A stretch of 64,000 nt of DNA from Anaeromyces robustus (lineage: Eukaryota): positions 186,001 through 250,000 of the forward strand of contig MCFG01000003.1 in the NCBI GenBank assembly GCA_002104895.1, read 5' to 3'. This document shows positions 31,984 to 47,248 of this stretch, one piece after another (position 1 is the stretch's first letter; the number at the start of each line of letters is the position of its first letter). A program made the translations under genes and the position numbers. The notes under the pieces were generated by a model, which saw nothing but the letters and a program-made list of their open reading frames with translations, had not been told where the DNA came from and made no database searches.

Positions 31984-33223
31984 TCAAATTAATAAAAGGC
32001 ATATTATTATTGAAATAAAGATAGTTGTAAAGATTTTAGTAGATCTAAAGTTAGAAGAACTTCCATTTTCTATAACTAATGGTTTATAATTTAATCCTAA
32101 AGGATTATTTTTAACAATATAAAATGATGATGTCGAACCTGGTGTTAAATCACCATCTACATAACATTCATAATGATCCTTATTAGTTATAATATCTTTT
32201 CCATCACCAATAATTCTAAATTTATATTGCTCATTCAAACCTGGATGTTGAGTAAAACCATCGTCAATATAAAAATTAGTATCCCAATCCCATTGGTATA
32301 CAGGTTTACCATCTAATCTTTCTGGACCTGGTTGAATTTCACTAACAGGAATAGTACGAGTATATATAGGATTTTTCCAAGCACTTATATAATATTTATT
32401 CATTATAGAGAAAAAAAAAGTTAAAAATAAAAAGTAATAATAAAATAAAATTTTAAAATTTATAAAAACAATATTATTTAATATTAATAATAAATATTTA
32501 CTTCATGTAATCATTATAATTTGCGTCTTCACTCTTAAATAGCATTAAAGTAATATTGTGTGATGGATAACGTACACTAAATTCTCTATTATCATAATAC
32601 CAAATAATAGTAAAATTGGAATATGGAACTATAATACTATATTTTTAATAATATAAATAAAAAATAATATTTAATATTAAAATAAAAAAAAAAATAAAGT
32701 ACTAATATATATATTTTGAATATTTCTTTAAATATTGTACAAATATTTTATTTATTTTTTTAATTATTATGATTTATTTACGTTCTAATAATATGTTATA
32801 AAAAAAATAAAAAATATTGATTAACCTTTTAGAATTCGGTTTTTGAAATAATATATTTCCTATACTTGAGCTGCAACTTCTTTCCATTTCTTCTTCTTCT
32901 TTAGATTTATTAGTTTGTCCATTTTCTTCATCATTATTTTCATCATTATTACCATTTCCATCTTTATTATTATTTTCATCATTATTATTATTGTTTTTAT
33001 TCTCAGTGTCATTGTTATTATTGTTATTTTTATCATTATTATTTACATCGTTGCCTTCAGTATTTCCCTCATCATCTTTATTTCCTACTTCATTATTATC
33101 TCCAGTATTTTCTATATTTTTATTTTTTTCTCCATCTTCAGACACATCTTTAGCATTTATCTTAATAATTACTAAGCATAATATTAAAAAATAAAATAAT
33201 ATATGAATTTTTTTATATTTCAT
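31984..33223 (-). CDS. Secreted, probably GPI-anchored protein (3 exons)
   Basis: N-terminal signal peptide (MKYKKIHILFYFLILCLVIIKINA), Asn/acidic linker, globular domain with two Cys, then NGSSS and a C-terminal hydrophobic tail. The middle exon at ~32502-32637 joins both ORFs in frame. Confidence 0.8.
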
Positions 33224-34184
33224 TGTTGAATTATATATAAAATCAAAAAATTAACAATAGATTTATAAATAGTTTATTAAAAAATGGATTTAGTAAATAA
33301 TTTATATCGTAACTATATTAAATAAATATCAAGAATTAATAACAGAAAAAAAAAAAAAAAAAAAAAGAAAAAGAAAAAGAAAGACAAAAATAATCATATA
33401 TTTATTTTAATATGGTTAGAATATTAAATATATATATATATTTATATTAAAATAGTATTAAAGACTCTAATAATTATTAATACTACCAGATTCATTTCGA
33501 AAATAAGATTATATAAATCATTTTAATTTTAAAAAATATTACATTATAAATTAATGATTGAATTAATAATTATAAAAAAAATTATAGATATTTAATTATA
33601 GCTAACTATAATTAAAGATAATTTAATAAATTTAATATTTTAAAGTTTTATATAATATATGTTGTTATTTTTTTTCTTTACATGATATACTATTTTATTA
33701 AATGTTAATGTGGATATTTTAACTAAAATCTTAATTTAATAAAAGTAAAATTTTAAAAAAAATTAATAATACATTTAAAGTTTTTGATGATTATATCTAT
33801 ATATTAATAATAAATAAAAATATAAGATATATTAATAATTTTTATCCCAAGTTAAAAAAATAATTATGATTTTTATAATTTAAAATATTATTAAAAAAAA
33901 TACATTTCATATACTAATATTCTTTTATATTTTTAATTTTTTTTTCTAGACTTATATGGCATTCACATAAATGTATCGGAATTATATTCTATAACTTATC
34001 ATTTTGGCATCGACGCCCTTAGTATGTTCATATATTTTACATTTATACTTAAACCTTAACGCTAACTTAATAACGAGTCCAGTCTACAAGCCCTACATTT
34101 TTATATTTTTAATATATTTTACATAAATTATTTTCATTTTTCTATTTTTAATTATATATATATATATTAGCATAATTCATTCAT

Positions 34185-34315
<131 letters not shown>

Positions 34316-34320
34316 TATAC

Positions 34321-34386
<66 letters not shown>

Positions 34387-37300
34387 TATTATAATATGAT
34401 ATTTAATTATAAACAATATGTAATTATAAATATTTTCAATTATTATAAATACATTTTTCATTTTAATTAAAATCTTGCCGTTTTTCTATGAAGAAAATTT
34501 TTTATATTAAATAAGATTATTTATTATTTTATATATAATATATATTAAACCTAATTAATTTATTATTAATTATTTATTAATTTATTTAATTATTAATTAT
34601 TTATTTATTAAAGATTATTATTATTATTATAATAATGTATTAATGTCTTTTTTTTGTAAATAATAGTTTAAAAATTATATGTTAGTGTAATAAGAGATTA
34701 TTCAGATAGAAGAAACATCACCATGACATATTATACTATTAAACATTATATAAATAATAAATATTTCATAACCACAATTATTACAATTAAAAATTTCAAT
34801 AATTGTGACCATAAACAACAAAGCAATTTATAAATATATATTAATATACTTGCTTGATAATTATAATTAAATTATGTAGAGGTCTAAAATATAGCATTAT
34901 AATACTTAAAATAATTATTAAAATAAATGAACATACTTTATACTTCATAAAACAATCATTAAAATAAATGAACATAATTTATACCTCATAAAATAATTAT
35001 TAAAATAATGGAACATACTTCATACTTCATATAAGTAATATAGGTAAAGACAAATTAGAATATATATATATTAAATACATAAAAATGTAACATAAATGAT
35101 ATTTATAATAGCAAAATAGTTCAAAATTGTGTTATAAAATGTATTTTAATATCTGGATTTTAATTACAATGTTTTGTATGATATATGCTCATTTAAATAT
35201 TTTATTAATTATCAATTACTAACTATTAAAACTATAACTTTTAGTAGACCTTCCACAAAAATTTAAATGCATTTATCAAAAAAAAAAAAAAACCTAATAA
35301 ATAGAAAAATAAAAAATAAAATAAATGAAAAATATAAATATGTATTTTACTACTTATTTTATTAATATGTAAAAATAGGTATTTTTGTTATCAGAAAAAA
35401 TCATTCTAATTATTTAATTCTAATCCTTCAGATGATTCTAACCCAAATATATATAAAAACTAATATTTTATTATATATAAAGACTATATTAAAATAAATT
35501 GAGTAGTATAAAAAGTTTAATTCAAAAATAAATATAATATATTAACATATATATTAAATATTATAAAACTTTAAATAATAATATATTATTCATTTATTTA
35601 TAATATATTATAATATAATAAAAATATAAAAAAATTACCAAACAAGTACCTATTATACAGTTTTTTTTTATGTTTTAATATTATATTAATATTTATTTGT
35701 TATATTTTAATATATTTAATAAACCAAAAATTATTATTTAGTTTTTTAATAGTAATCTAATTAATTATAATATTTATAATGTAAATTTTCAAAAAATTAA
35801 GTTTTATTTATTATTTAATGTATTTATATTTGTGTTGCATTATTTTATATGAATAAATAAAATAGAAAATAAAAATTATTAATATTAAATATATTAAGTT
35901 ATATATTATAATAAATAAAATATGTATATTATATAAAGGAAAATAAATACAAATAAGAATTCAATAAACAACAGAAAGATCAATAAATTAATAAATGATA
36001 TAAAAATAATTATATTAAAAAAATTTTTTTTCATGTTTTCATGTTAAACTTTATTTTATTTTTTTTTTTTTTTTTTTGAAGATAATATTTTATAATAAAG
36101 ATGAATTATTATTAATCATAAGTATTTAATAACGGGAAAAAAAAAAAGAAAGTAAAATACAATAGAAAAAAGGAAGTATTTAAAAACTTGGAAGTTTAAA
36201 TCAATATATTTATATTCTTAAAAAATATAAAATATATATATAATAAAAAAAAAGAAAAAAAAAAAGAAATTAGATAATATAATAAAATATAAAAATTAGA
36301 AAGGATTTATTTATTAATATATATTATATATTATTGTATTATATTTATTATAATGGTATATAATATATAACCATTGAAAAGTTTATTTATTCCTATATAA
36401 TAAAAATTTAATATAAATTCCATTTAATGATTTAATATATGAGAATAAAAGAATATCAAAACATCGAAAATTAAATAATATAAAATAATGGTAAAAAATA
36501 TTTTTTTTTAATAATAATATTGTTATTGTTATTAAATTAGATTTTTTGTTTTTAATATTTAATAATTATATAATTATTATTATTATTGATTTTTTTTATT
36601 TATTATTTATTGATAATAATTTTAAAATTTATTTATTTATTATATAATATATTAATTATATATAATTTTATTAATTTTATTTAATTTTATTTTGTATTAT
36701 ATTATAAATAAATATAATATTTATTATTTAATATTTTATTTTCTTTTATTTTATTTATATTTTATATTCTATTTCTATTATTTTTATTCATTAATATTTA
36801 TTTATTTTTCTTTCTTTTTTTTTTTTTTTTTTTTTTATATATTTTTAATATTATTATTTACCCTTTCATTTAAAAGGGTTTTAATTTAATTTAATATAGT
36901 AATATAAATAAAAAGAAAAAAAAAAGTATACATATAAATATGCAAAAAATGTAAATATTTAATTATTTTTCTTTTTATTTATAATTAATTAATTAATAAC
37001 ATAATATATCCAGTATCAAACTGAAGAAAATAAGTCAAAGATATAAAAATATAACATAATAAATTAATTAAATTTCATTAACAATAAAGAAACCAAATCA
37101 ATTTTATATATTTAATAAACTAAGATATATTAAAATAATAGTAAAAAATAATATTTTAAAGATAAAATTTTAATATTATTAAGCTGAAATTATTTGAAAC
37201 AATTATCGAAATTTCTAATTTAAGCAATCAATAATCAATATATACTTTATACAGTAAATTATAATTTTGATATCTGAAATTTTTTCTTTTAATTAAATGG

Positions 37301-38013
37301 ATTAAAAACGATAAATTTTTAAATATTATATATAAAAGGTAATAATTGATAAAAAATATAAATAAATTCTTAAATTTTCTCTTAATAAGTTAATATTATT
37401 TCTTTAATAATTATTTCTTTATTTCTTAATTCTTTTCTTTTTTTTTTTTTTCTATTAAATTCAATTGATTTTATGTTATATATATACTGTTATATATCTA
37501 TATAATTTAGTGTATATTTATTATTTAAAAAAAGTAGATTTTTGATATTTTAATTCAATTAAATATATATCCTATCTTTTACAAATAATATTAGAAATTG
37601 TTTAATGAATAATTCTTAAAAACAATAATTTCTTCAGTTTTTTCTAATATATTATCTATTATATTTATATTAATAAATGCAAAATAATACAAATTCAAAA
37701 TAAAGTAATAATAATTATAGTAAGAATAAGTATAGAAGAGATAAATAAATAAATAAATAAATAGATAAATAAATAAATAAATAAATAAATAATAATTAAG
37801 AGTAAAATTTATAAACAAATAAATATAAAACAAAAAAAGAATATTTTAAACAATAAAATATTGAATAGATATATTATTAATAGAGATATTTATATTATTC
37901 ATTAAAGCAATAAATAAAAACAAATAGATATAAATAGATTAATTATAATAAAGAATTTTTAATAATAGCAATAGAATTTTTTTAAAAAAATATATATCAA
38001 TAAGTGAATAAAA

Positions 38014-41000
38014 ATGCAGTTTTTTTCATTAGAAAGATATAGAAATCGTTACGGACATAATGACGATGTTAATCCAATGTATAACAATATGGGTCAACGT
38101 GATCCTCAGTATATGAATGGACGAAATGATATGTATTTTGAAGATGATGATTATGATGATGAATATAGTGATGATGATTATGATGATTTAGAATCGCCAG
38201 TATCTGATTTAGACATTGATATTAGTGAAATTGATTTTTCAAAAGTATATGCATATCATACTTTTATAGCTAACGTAGAAGGACAAATTTGTGTACAAAA
38301 GGATGATGTATTAGATTTACTTGATGATACACATGATTATTGGTGGTTGGTACGATGTATAAGTACTAACGAAGTAAGTAATTATAATTAATATATAATT
38401 CATTATTAATATATAGTATGATATATATATATTTTAAAAATAAATTGCTTTATTTATATTTTTTATTAATAAATTAAAACATATTTACAATTATTTTATT
38501 TATTTTTTGTTAATAAAAAATACATATATATTTTTTTTTAAAAAAATTAATTGCTTATTTATATTTTTTTTTTTTAAAAAAATAAATTGTTTTATTTATA
38601 TTTTTTTGTTAATAAAATATAGATAGGATATCTTCCAGCTGATAATATTGAAGTAAGTTTATAGATATATATTAATAATTTATAAATATATGTGTAGATA
38701 ATTTTATTCATGTTTTATTATTGTAAATATAAATAGCTTCCATTTGAAAGAGTAGCCAGAGCAAATAGATTTAAAAATGTTCAAGTATGTATAAAATTTA
38801 TTTTATATTTAATTACATATGATTTTTATACATTAAATATTATTTAATTTAATTTTTACTAATTAATAATATATAATAATTAAAAAAAAAAAAAAAGGCT
38901 GCTGCTAGTTTGCCCCAAGATACATTACATAGATATAAAGAAAGAACCAAAAAAATAAAATTTTCAAATAGTCCTCCAATAGTGCATATGGTTGAAAATC
39001 GGGAAGATTATGAAGATTATGATGAATATGGATCTGATGAAGGACCATTTTATGATGAGGAAGAAATGGAAGATAATATGTATGATAATCATATGAATAA
39101 TCATATGAATATGTATGGTAATGGTAATATGAATCCATCAGTAAATATGATGAATAATAATCTTAATTTTAATAATGGAATCAATCCAAATAGTCCATTT
39201 GGTAATAATATTATTCTTTCAACTGAGCCATTTAATCATTCATTGTCTTTATATGATCATGAAGAGAAAAAATATTTGAAAAAAGGTGGATTCTTTTCGG
39301 TATGCTTTTTATTTTATTTTATTTTATTTTGTTATATTATATTATATTGTAAAAATGTATAAAAATCATTATTATTAATATATTCCATGTATAAATTAAA
39401 TAGAAATTATTGAAAAAGAAAAAGAAAAAGGATAAGAATAAAAGACTTTCTGATTCAATACCACCTAATTATAATCAAGGATACACAATGAGTCTTAGTT
39501 CAAATTATTTAAATAACAATAGTTTAAGTAGAATGAATGGAATGAATAACATGAATAATGGTATGAATAGCCTAAATAGAATGAATGGAATGGACGATAT
39601 GAATGGTGGAATGGGAAGTCTAAATAGAATGAATGGTATGAATAATATGAATGGTAGTATGGGTAGTTTAAATAGAATTAATGATATGAATGGTGGTATG
39701 GGTAACATAAATGGATTAAATGGAATGGGAATGAATGATATGAATCCAAATGAAATGAATGGTATGAATTATAACCCATTAATGAATAGTTATAATCCAA
39801 ATTTAGGTATGCCATTACAATCTTTCCCACCAAGAAATGAGCCAATGTTCCAAAATAATTATCCATCGCCTGCCTTGGAAAGTAATAATACAAATACCCC
39901 CGAATCACGTAGTCCATTTGAAGAAAAAGTAAATCATTATGGATCACCACAAATTAATAATAATAATAATAATAATAATCAAAAATTATATAGTAAAGAT
40001 TCACCTTCAAGTTACAAATCTTATTCTCCAGCTAATGAAAATGGTAATATTTATCATCGTATGATAGATATGAATAAAGCTGTAATGAATGATAATGATG
40101 ATGTAGATTATCCTGAAATTGAACTTAATGATGAAGAGAAAGAAAATATAAAAAAAATGAGTAATGAAAATAGTGAAGATGAAGGACATCTTTCAGATGA
40201 AGACTTTTATGATAGAGAAAAAAGAAATGATAGTTCATTTAGAAAACCATATCGTTTTGAAAGAGACAGAGATAGAGACAGAGATAGAGATAGAGATAGG
40301 GATAGAGAAAGAGAGAGAGATAGAGATAGAGGTAAGGATAGGGATAAGGATAACTTAAGAGATAAAGAAAAAGAAAAAGAAAAAGATAAAGATAAAAGTA
40401 TAGAAAGAGATACAAGAAAAGAACTTAAAGCAAGATCAAGTTCTCTTAAATCACCAATTAAATCTCCACTTAAATCACCAAGTAAAGTATCTGAAAGAGA
40501 AAAAGATAGAAGGAAAAGTGAAAAAATTTCAAGTTCTAAAAGAACATCAGCTCTCTCAGAAAAGCATATTAGTGTTTTAAATCCAAGTGTATGTTTTTTA
40601 TTTTATTTTATTTTATTTTATTTTCAATATTATATTATCTTTTATATTATTATTATAATTATTATTATTATTATTTTTTTTATTAGTTTATATGTATATT
40701 TTGTATATTTTCTTTATCTTTTAATAAAATTTAAAGAAATTATTAATTTATTAATATATTTATCATATTTATCATAAAATAATTTTATAATGTTTTATTA
40801 TAATTTATTAGTCATCAGCAATTAATATTATAAAAGTTTTTACTGGTAACTTTGATGTTGAGCAAACACCATATAAAAGTGTTTCTGTTAATTCAAATAC
40901 AACTGTAAAAGAGATGATAAAATCTGCATTATATCGTTTTAAATTACCAAGAGATACCTATCATGATTATTATATGAGTGTTATACATTTTGATTCCAAG

Positions 41001-44000
41001 GAAAAAACTTTAAATCCAAATGATGAAGTTTACAAAATTCTTGATCATATTAAAAATAAGAAACTTCCAGGTGCTACAAAACGTTTATCACAAAGTGTTA
41101 GTATTTTATCAGAAGAAGATTCTGGTGATCGTAAGTTAAATAGAAATATATTAAATGATAGAAATATAAAATTTATTTTGAATAAAAAAAATGAAAATTC
41201 TAGTCATTGTAGATTGGTTAGAGTATTTATTGATCAAAAAGATGAATCTGGTAAAAAAATGTTTAAAACAGTTGGTGTAACTTCTAAAGAAACTGCTGAA
41301 AATATTATTGAATATGCTTTAAAAAAGTTTAGTGTTTTACATGGTAAATCAATTGATGATTTCGTATTACATGCTTATACCCGAAAGAAGTTAATTCCTA
41401 TAAGAAATTCATATATTATTTTTTATTTAATTAAACAAGAAATTGAAAAAGGATCAAGGAAAGTTGATTTTGTTATGAAAGAAAAAACTGAACGAGATCG
41501 TGAAAGAGAGAGAAGAAAGAGTATGAGGAAATCTCGAATGAAGGCTGAAAAAGAAAAGGAAAAGGAAAATGAAAATAAAGATAAAAAGGATAGAGATAGA
41601 ATAAAATCAACAATTAGTCAATATGCAACTTATGATGATAAGTTTGATCCTAATGAAACCGTTTTGATTCCAAAATTACCAAATAAACCTTTGAAATCGG
41701 CTGATAAAAGTTATTCAGACTTTAGTCAAATGTCTATTGATATGACAGAAGAAGAAAAAGAGAAGAATAATAAAGAATTAAATAATTTACTTAATTCATT
41801 AAAATCCAAAGAAAAAGATAAAATAGATAATTCATTTTCAGAAGGAAGATTAACACCCCCTCCTAAAACACCTCGTGGTAGTTCTTTAAGATCTAAAGAA
41901 AAAGGTGATACATCAATTTTAGATGGTAAAGTATCATCTCCTCTTACAACTCGTGGTAGAAGTTATAGTAATGGAAGTGTAACGATGAAATTAAATTCAC
42001 CTGCTTTAAATAGTCCTTCAATGAGGTTCGCTTCTCCAAAATTAAATAGTCCTTCAATGAGATTTGCTTCTTTAGATAAACCTCTTAGTCGTAATAGGTC
42101 TAATAGTGATGCTACTAAACCAAATGTACTTTCAAGTTTAAATCCGAGAACAAGTAGTTTCTCTCCTAAATTGGATGATAATAATTCAAAAGTAAATAAG
42201 AATTTAGCTAAACAAAGATTAATGCCAATTGTCAGACCATCTCATGTGAGTGAAATAAAGAGTTCTGAATCACCTATCCTTTCATCATTAAAATCTTCTA
42301 ATAGTGAAAAATCTTCAGCTAAAGATATATCAGCTAAAGAGACATCAGCTAAAGAATCATCAGCTAAAGAATCATCAACTAAAGAATCAATAACTAAAGA
42401 TAATAAATCTAATCTTGAACTTTTATTAGCAAAATCAGATCAAATCATTAAATCTATGGATGAAGGTAAAAAGAATAAAGATGATAATGATAATGATGAT
42501 GATACATTTGATGATGTAAGTGATATATCAGATGAAGAAGTTATAATTCAGTCACCACCACAAATGCCATCTAAAATGCAACAACGTAGAGGTTCAACTG
42601 CTTCTACATCTTCACATGTTAATTTTGATGAAATGTTAGAAACTTTAGATGAAATTAGTTTTATGCTTCCAGATCTTAAAGAAAAAGAAAAAGCAAAGGA
42701 GAAAGAAAAAGAAAAAGAAAAAGAAAAAGAAGATGAAAAAGAAAAAAATGATAAGGAAGAAAAAACTGAAAATCAAGAAAAGAAAGAAGGTGCTCAAGAA
42801 GGGACTGGTTTTGGTTTTGGTTTGGGTATTATAACTAATTTATTAAAGAAAGATACTAAACCAGAAGATGAAGAAGATAAAAATGAAAATAAAAATGATA
42901 ATATTGATGATAAAAATAAAAATAAAGATAAAGATAAAGAAAAAGAAAAAGATCAGAATAATGATAAACCAGGAGAAGGAGGTGGTAGTATTTTTGATAA
43001 ATTAAAAATACCAACGCGTTCTACATCTAATGATACTAGTACTGCTCAAAGTATTTTTGATAAATTAAAAATACCAACACGTTCAACTTCTAATAATAAG
43101 AGTAATTTTTCACCAAATTTAAATTACTTTAAAAAAGCAGGTAGTAATACATCTACACCAATTCTTGGCGAAAATGAAAAATCTTCTCCATTAATTAAAT
43201 CTGAACAAAAAAATGAAAATGTAACGAATAAAGAAAAAGATAAAGAAGCTCATCCAGCTGATGATGCTAAAAAGGTAAAAGAAAATTTATTAGATACATT
43301 AAAAGAACAAAAATCAGATAATGAAAAAGATAAAGATGAAAAAGATAAATCAGATAGGCCAAAAAAATATAAATCTATATTAAAGGCTCCAAAAGAATAT
43401 CCAATGCCAGAAGAATTAAGAAAATTAGAAGATTTACGTCTTGAAGAAGCAAAAAGAGAATCTTCAATACGTCATTCTAGAAGATTAGCAGAAAGAGAAA
43501 GAAGAAAATCGAGATCAAGAGAACGTCTTCATCTTACTAATAAAGAAGGAGAAGAAGAAAAAGATAAAGATAAAGATAAAGAAATTGATAAAGATAAAGA
43601 AAGAAGAAAAGAAGGAGAAGAAGATCGTGAAAGAAGAATATCAAGATCTCATCGTTCTTCTCGTTCAGCAAGTCGTCATCATATTTCATCTAGACCAAGT
43701 GAAAGACATAGAGAAAAAGGTGATGATAATAATATAGAAAATAGTGAAGAAAGAAGAAGACATTCTTCAAGGCATGTTTCAAGAAGTCATCATATGTCAA
43801 GAAGATTACCACCTGAAACTGAAGAAGAAAGAGCAAGAAGACATGCTTCTAGAAGGTTACCACCTGAAACTGAAGAAGAAAGAGCTAGAAGACGTGCTTC
43901 AAGAAGACATGTTTCAAGAAGATTAGATGCTGAAGAAGAACGACGTAGAAGAGAACGTTCTGAAAAAGAAGATATTGATGAACATAAAGAACATAATCTT

Positions 44001-46034
44001 TCTACGATATCTGAAAGACATCGTGAAAGACGTTCAAGAAGAATGTCTGAAAGACATCGTGACCGTGACCGTGACCGTGACCGTGATCGTGATCGTGAAC
44101 GTGAACATAGACATAGACATCATTCTCATTCTACTTCTCGTAGCCGTATTAATATTAGTGGTGATATATTACCAGGATTTAATAATGGTGAAGAAAAAGA
44201 TAAAGATAAAGATAATGATAATGATAAAGATAATGATAAGAATGAATCAGTAAAAATGATGGATGTAGCTAATATTAGTGCTATTCATGATGATAATCAA
44301 CCTCAATCTGATTCTGGTATAAATAATGATGATATTGTTATTCCTGATCGTGCTCTTCATATGGAAGATCGATTATATTCAGGAAATAAAATACATCGTT
44401 CAGAAACAGGTAATACTTCTGTAAGTAGTATAGGTAGTGCTAGTTCAGATACAAGTCGTATTTCACATCGTAGTACAGATAGTAATGGTAGTCATCGTCA
44501 TCATCATCATCGTCGTAGTCGTAGTCATTCTTTAAGTCATTCTCATTCAAGAGATCGTTCAAGTTCACGGGATAGACATACTTCTAGTATAAGTAGTGAT
44601 GCTAAAAGAAGAGAAAGTAGACATAGATCTACTCATCATCGTTCAGTTCGACCTGATACTTCAATGCGTAAAGTACAAGGAAGTCCATTAGGTTTAGAAC
44701 AAGATAGAAAAAGTCGTCATGAACATGTTCATAGTCATAGTCATAGTCATCATAGTAGTAAATTACCAGGTGAATTAGGAAAAGAAAGTCATGGTGAAGT
44801 TACCCCTACAAAATCAGATAGTAATAAACCTGAAATATCTTCATCTTTAAAAGCTAGTCATAGAATTTCTTCTATGGCTAGACCACCACGTATTGAAACT
44901 CGTCGTTCTAGTCTTAGAATTGATATACCCAAGAAACCAAGTAATTATCTTTCTACTCCTAGAAAAAGACCAGATAGAAAATCATCTGCTTCATCAGATA
45001 TATCTATTAATGCTCTTATGGATGAAATGAGACAAATGATGACAGGTACACCAACTCGTGAACCAATGTCACCATTTGCTAGAGAATTAGATAAATTAGA
45101 ATTATTACAGAAAACAAATGAAGAACATGAACATAATAAGGCACTTAAAGCTGCTTCTAAGACACCTTCTTCTAAATTATCCTCTAAACCAAATTCTAAA
45201 AATGTTATTGAAAATATTGATATTAATCGTCAAGGTTCAGAAACTTATAAAGATCATATTATGCATAAATTTAATCGTACTACTAATAGTAAACGTAATA
45301 GTAAGTCTTCTATATCATCAATTACTGCTGCAGATATTAAAAAAAGAGTTGAAGAACGTAAACAACGTTATTCTATTTTATCAGATGCTAGTAATGATAA
45401 TTCAATTGGTAAAAACATTGAAAATTTGAAACGTGAATTAGAAGAATTAGCTATTGATAAAGAAAAAAGAAGAAGTAGACTTTCTATTAGTACTAATAAA
45501 AGTAACAGAAGTAGTCAAGTTAGTACTGCTAGAAGTTCTAAATTTGATGATACTTATTTAAAATCTTTGCTTGAAAAACTTTCAGATACAAAAGCATCTA
45601 AAAGATATTCTCAACGTAGTAGTCGTATTATAAGTGATATTGCTAGTAAATCTATTAGTATTGAAGGTAATGATAATAAGGAAGATGCTAATGTTAGTAA
45701 TAGTAATAATAAAAATAATAATAGTGATGATAAGAATAAAGATGAATCCAAAGAAAATAAAGAGTCAGGTGTTCCAAGTGCTAGAGATGAAGAAAATGAA
45801 AAACTTTTAGAAAGTTTACGAGATTGTGAAGAAAAGTTTGATTCATTAAATAAGGTAAATAATATTTAATATATAAATTTTAATTAAATTTATATTTTTA
45901 ACAATTTAATAATTTTTACTAATAAATAATATATATATATATTTTATAATTATATTTGTTTTAAATAATTATAGGATCTTAACACTATCTTATTTAACTC
46001 TGTAAAATTATTTGATAACTTAATATTATCCTAA
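38014..46034 (+). CDS. Tea4/Bud14-like SH3 and Ras-association domain protein, likely PP1-targeting polarity scaffold (exons 38014..38373, 38623..38652, 38737..38784, 38898..39299, 39404..40588, 40812..45854, 45975..46034)
   Basis: SH3 VYAYHTFIANVEGQICVQKDDVLDLLDDTHDYWWLVR...IGYLPADNIELPFERVARANRFKN resembles the Tea4/Bud14 SH3 and its extension. KKIKF is an RVxF motif. Two RA-like units: IIKVFTGNF..YKSVSVNSNTTVKEMIKSALYRF and LVRVFID..FKTVGVTSKETAENIIEYALKKF. Confidence 0.8.
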
Positions 46035-46151
46035 ATTGATAGTTATTGTAAAAATCAATAACAAATATTATTATATATATATTTTCAATATCTTTAATTA
46101 TTTTATTTTTTTTTATAGTAATCTATTTTTTTAAAAAAAAAAAAAAAGAAA

Positions 46152-46183
<32 letters not shown>

Positions 46184-46664
46184 AGAAAAAAATAAAAATA
46201 AATATAAAAATAAAAATAAAAATAAAATTAAAAATAAAAATAAAAATAGAAATAAACAAAAAAAAAAAAAAAAAAAAAAGAAAAAAAACAAAACGAAAAA
46301 CAAAATAAAAAACAAAAAAAAAAAAAAACAAAAAACAAAACAAAACAAAACAAAGCAAACAAACAAACAAAAAATATGAACAACAAACAAACAAATTAAT
46401 AAAAAATAAATTTTAATAAAACAAAATAATAGATTATTAACGAATCAACATTAATAATAATTTAATATAAATTAATAATTATAAAAATATATATTATATA
46501 AATTATAATATAAAATAATATTATAATAATAGTAGAAATATTTAAAAAATTAATAAAAAATATTAATAAAATAATAAAATATAAATAATTTATAAATAAT
46601 TTATATAAATAATGTGTATAATGTTTTTTTTTTTTTTATTTTTTTTTTAATAATTATTTAAAAT

Positions 46665-46702
<38 letters not shown>

Positions 46703-46946
46703 TAATAATAAAAATAATAATAAAATAATAACTATTATTATTATTATTATTATAAGGAAAAAGAAAAAAAAAAAAAGTATTTATTTTTATATATAAAAAA
46801 GATACCAAATGATACCAAATATTTTATTTTAATATTATTATTTAAATAATGAATCAAATGGTTTTAATAATTTTTGGTAGTAAATATTAACAATATATAA
46901 ATATTTATTTCTGCCTAAATAAATAATTAAAACCGAATATTTTAAT

Positions 46947-46948
<2 letters not shown>

Positions 46949-46984
<36 letters not shown>

Positions 46985-47248
46985 GCACACAATTTGTACG
47001 TCAACTTTATTGAATTTAAATATTAAAATACATGAATCATAAAAAAAACACATAATGAAAAAAAATGATACTAAAAAAAATAAAAACCAGTAAAATATTA
47101 TAGATAATAATAGATAATACTGGAGGAAAAAAAGAAGTATAATAATATTTAAAAACAATAAATCCATACAGCCCTTAATTCTAAATATAGAATTAAAGTA
47201 AAATTGATCTATCCTATTCCACTAGGGTCGGAAATAGGATCGGCATTT
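46949..47248 (-). mobile_element. Short 5'-truncated copy of the LINE 3' end with poly(A) tail and target-site duplication
   Basis: Reverse complement of about 48925..49227. Poly-T at 46949..46981. ATTTTAATTATT flanks both sides (46939..46950 and 47245..47256). Confidence 0.9.

Noticed and set aside
46103..46394. Phe-rich minus-strand ORFs (also 36692, 46946, 49494)
   Set aside because: They are translations of A/T homopolymer and AAAC/AAAAAT tracts.
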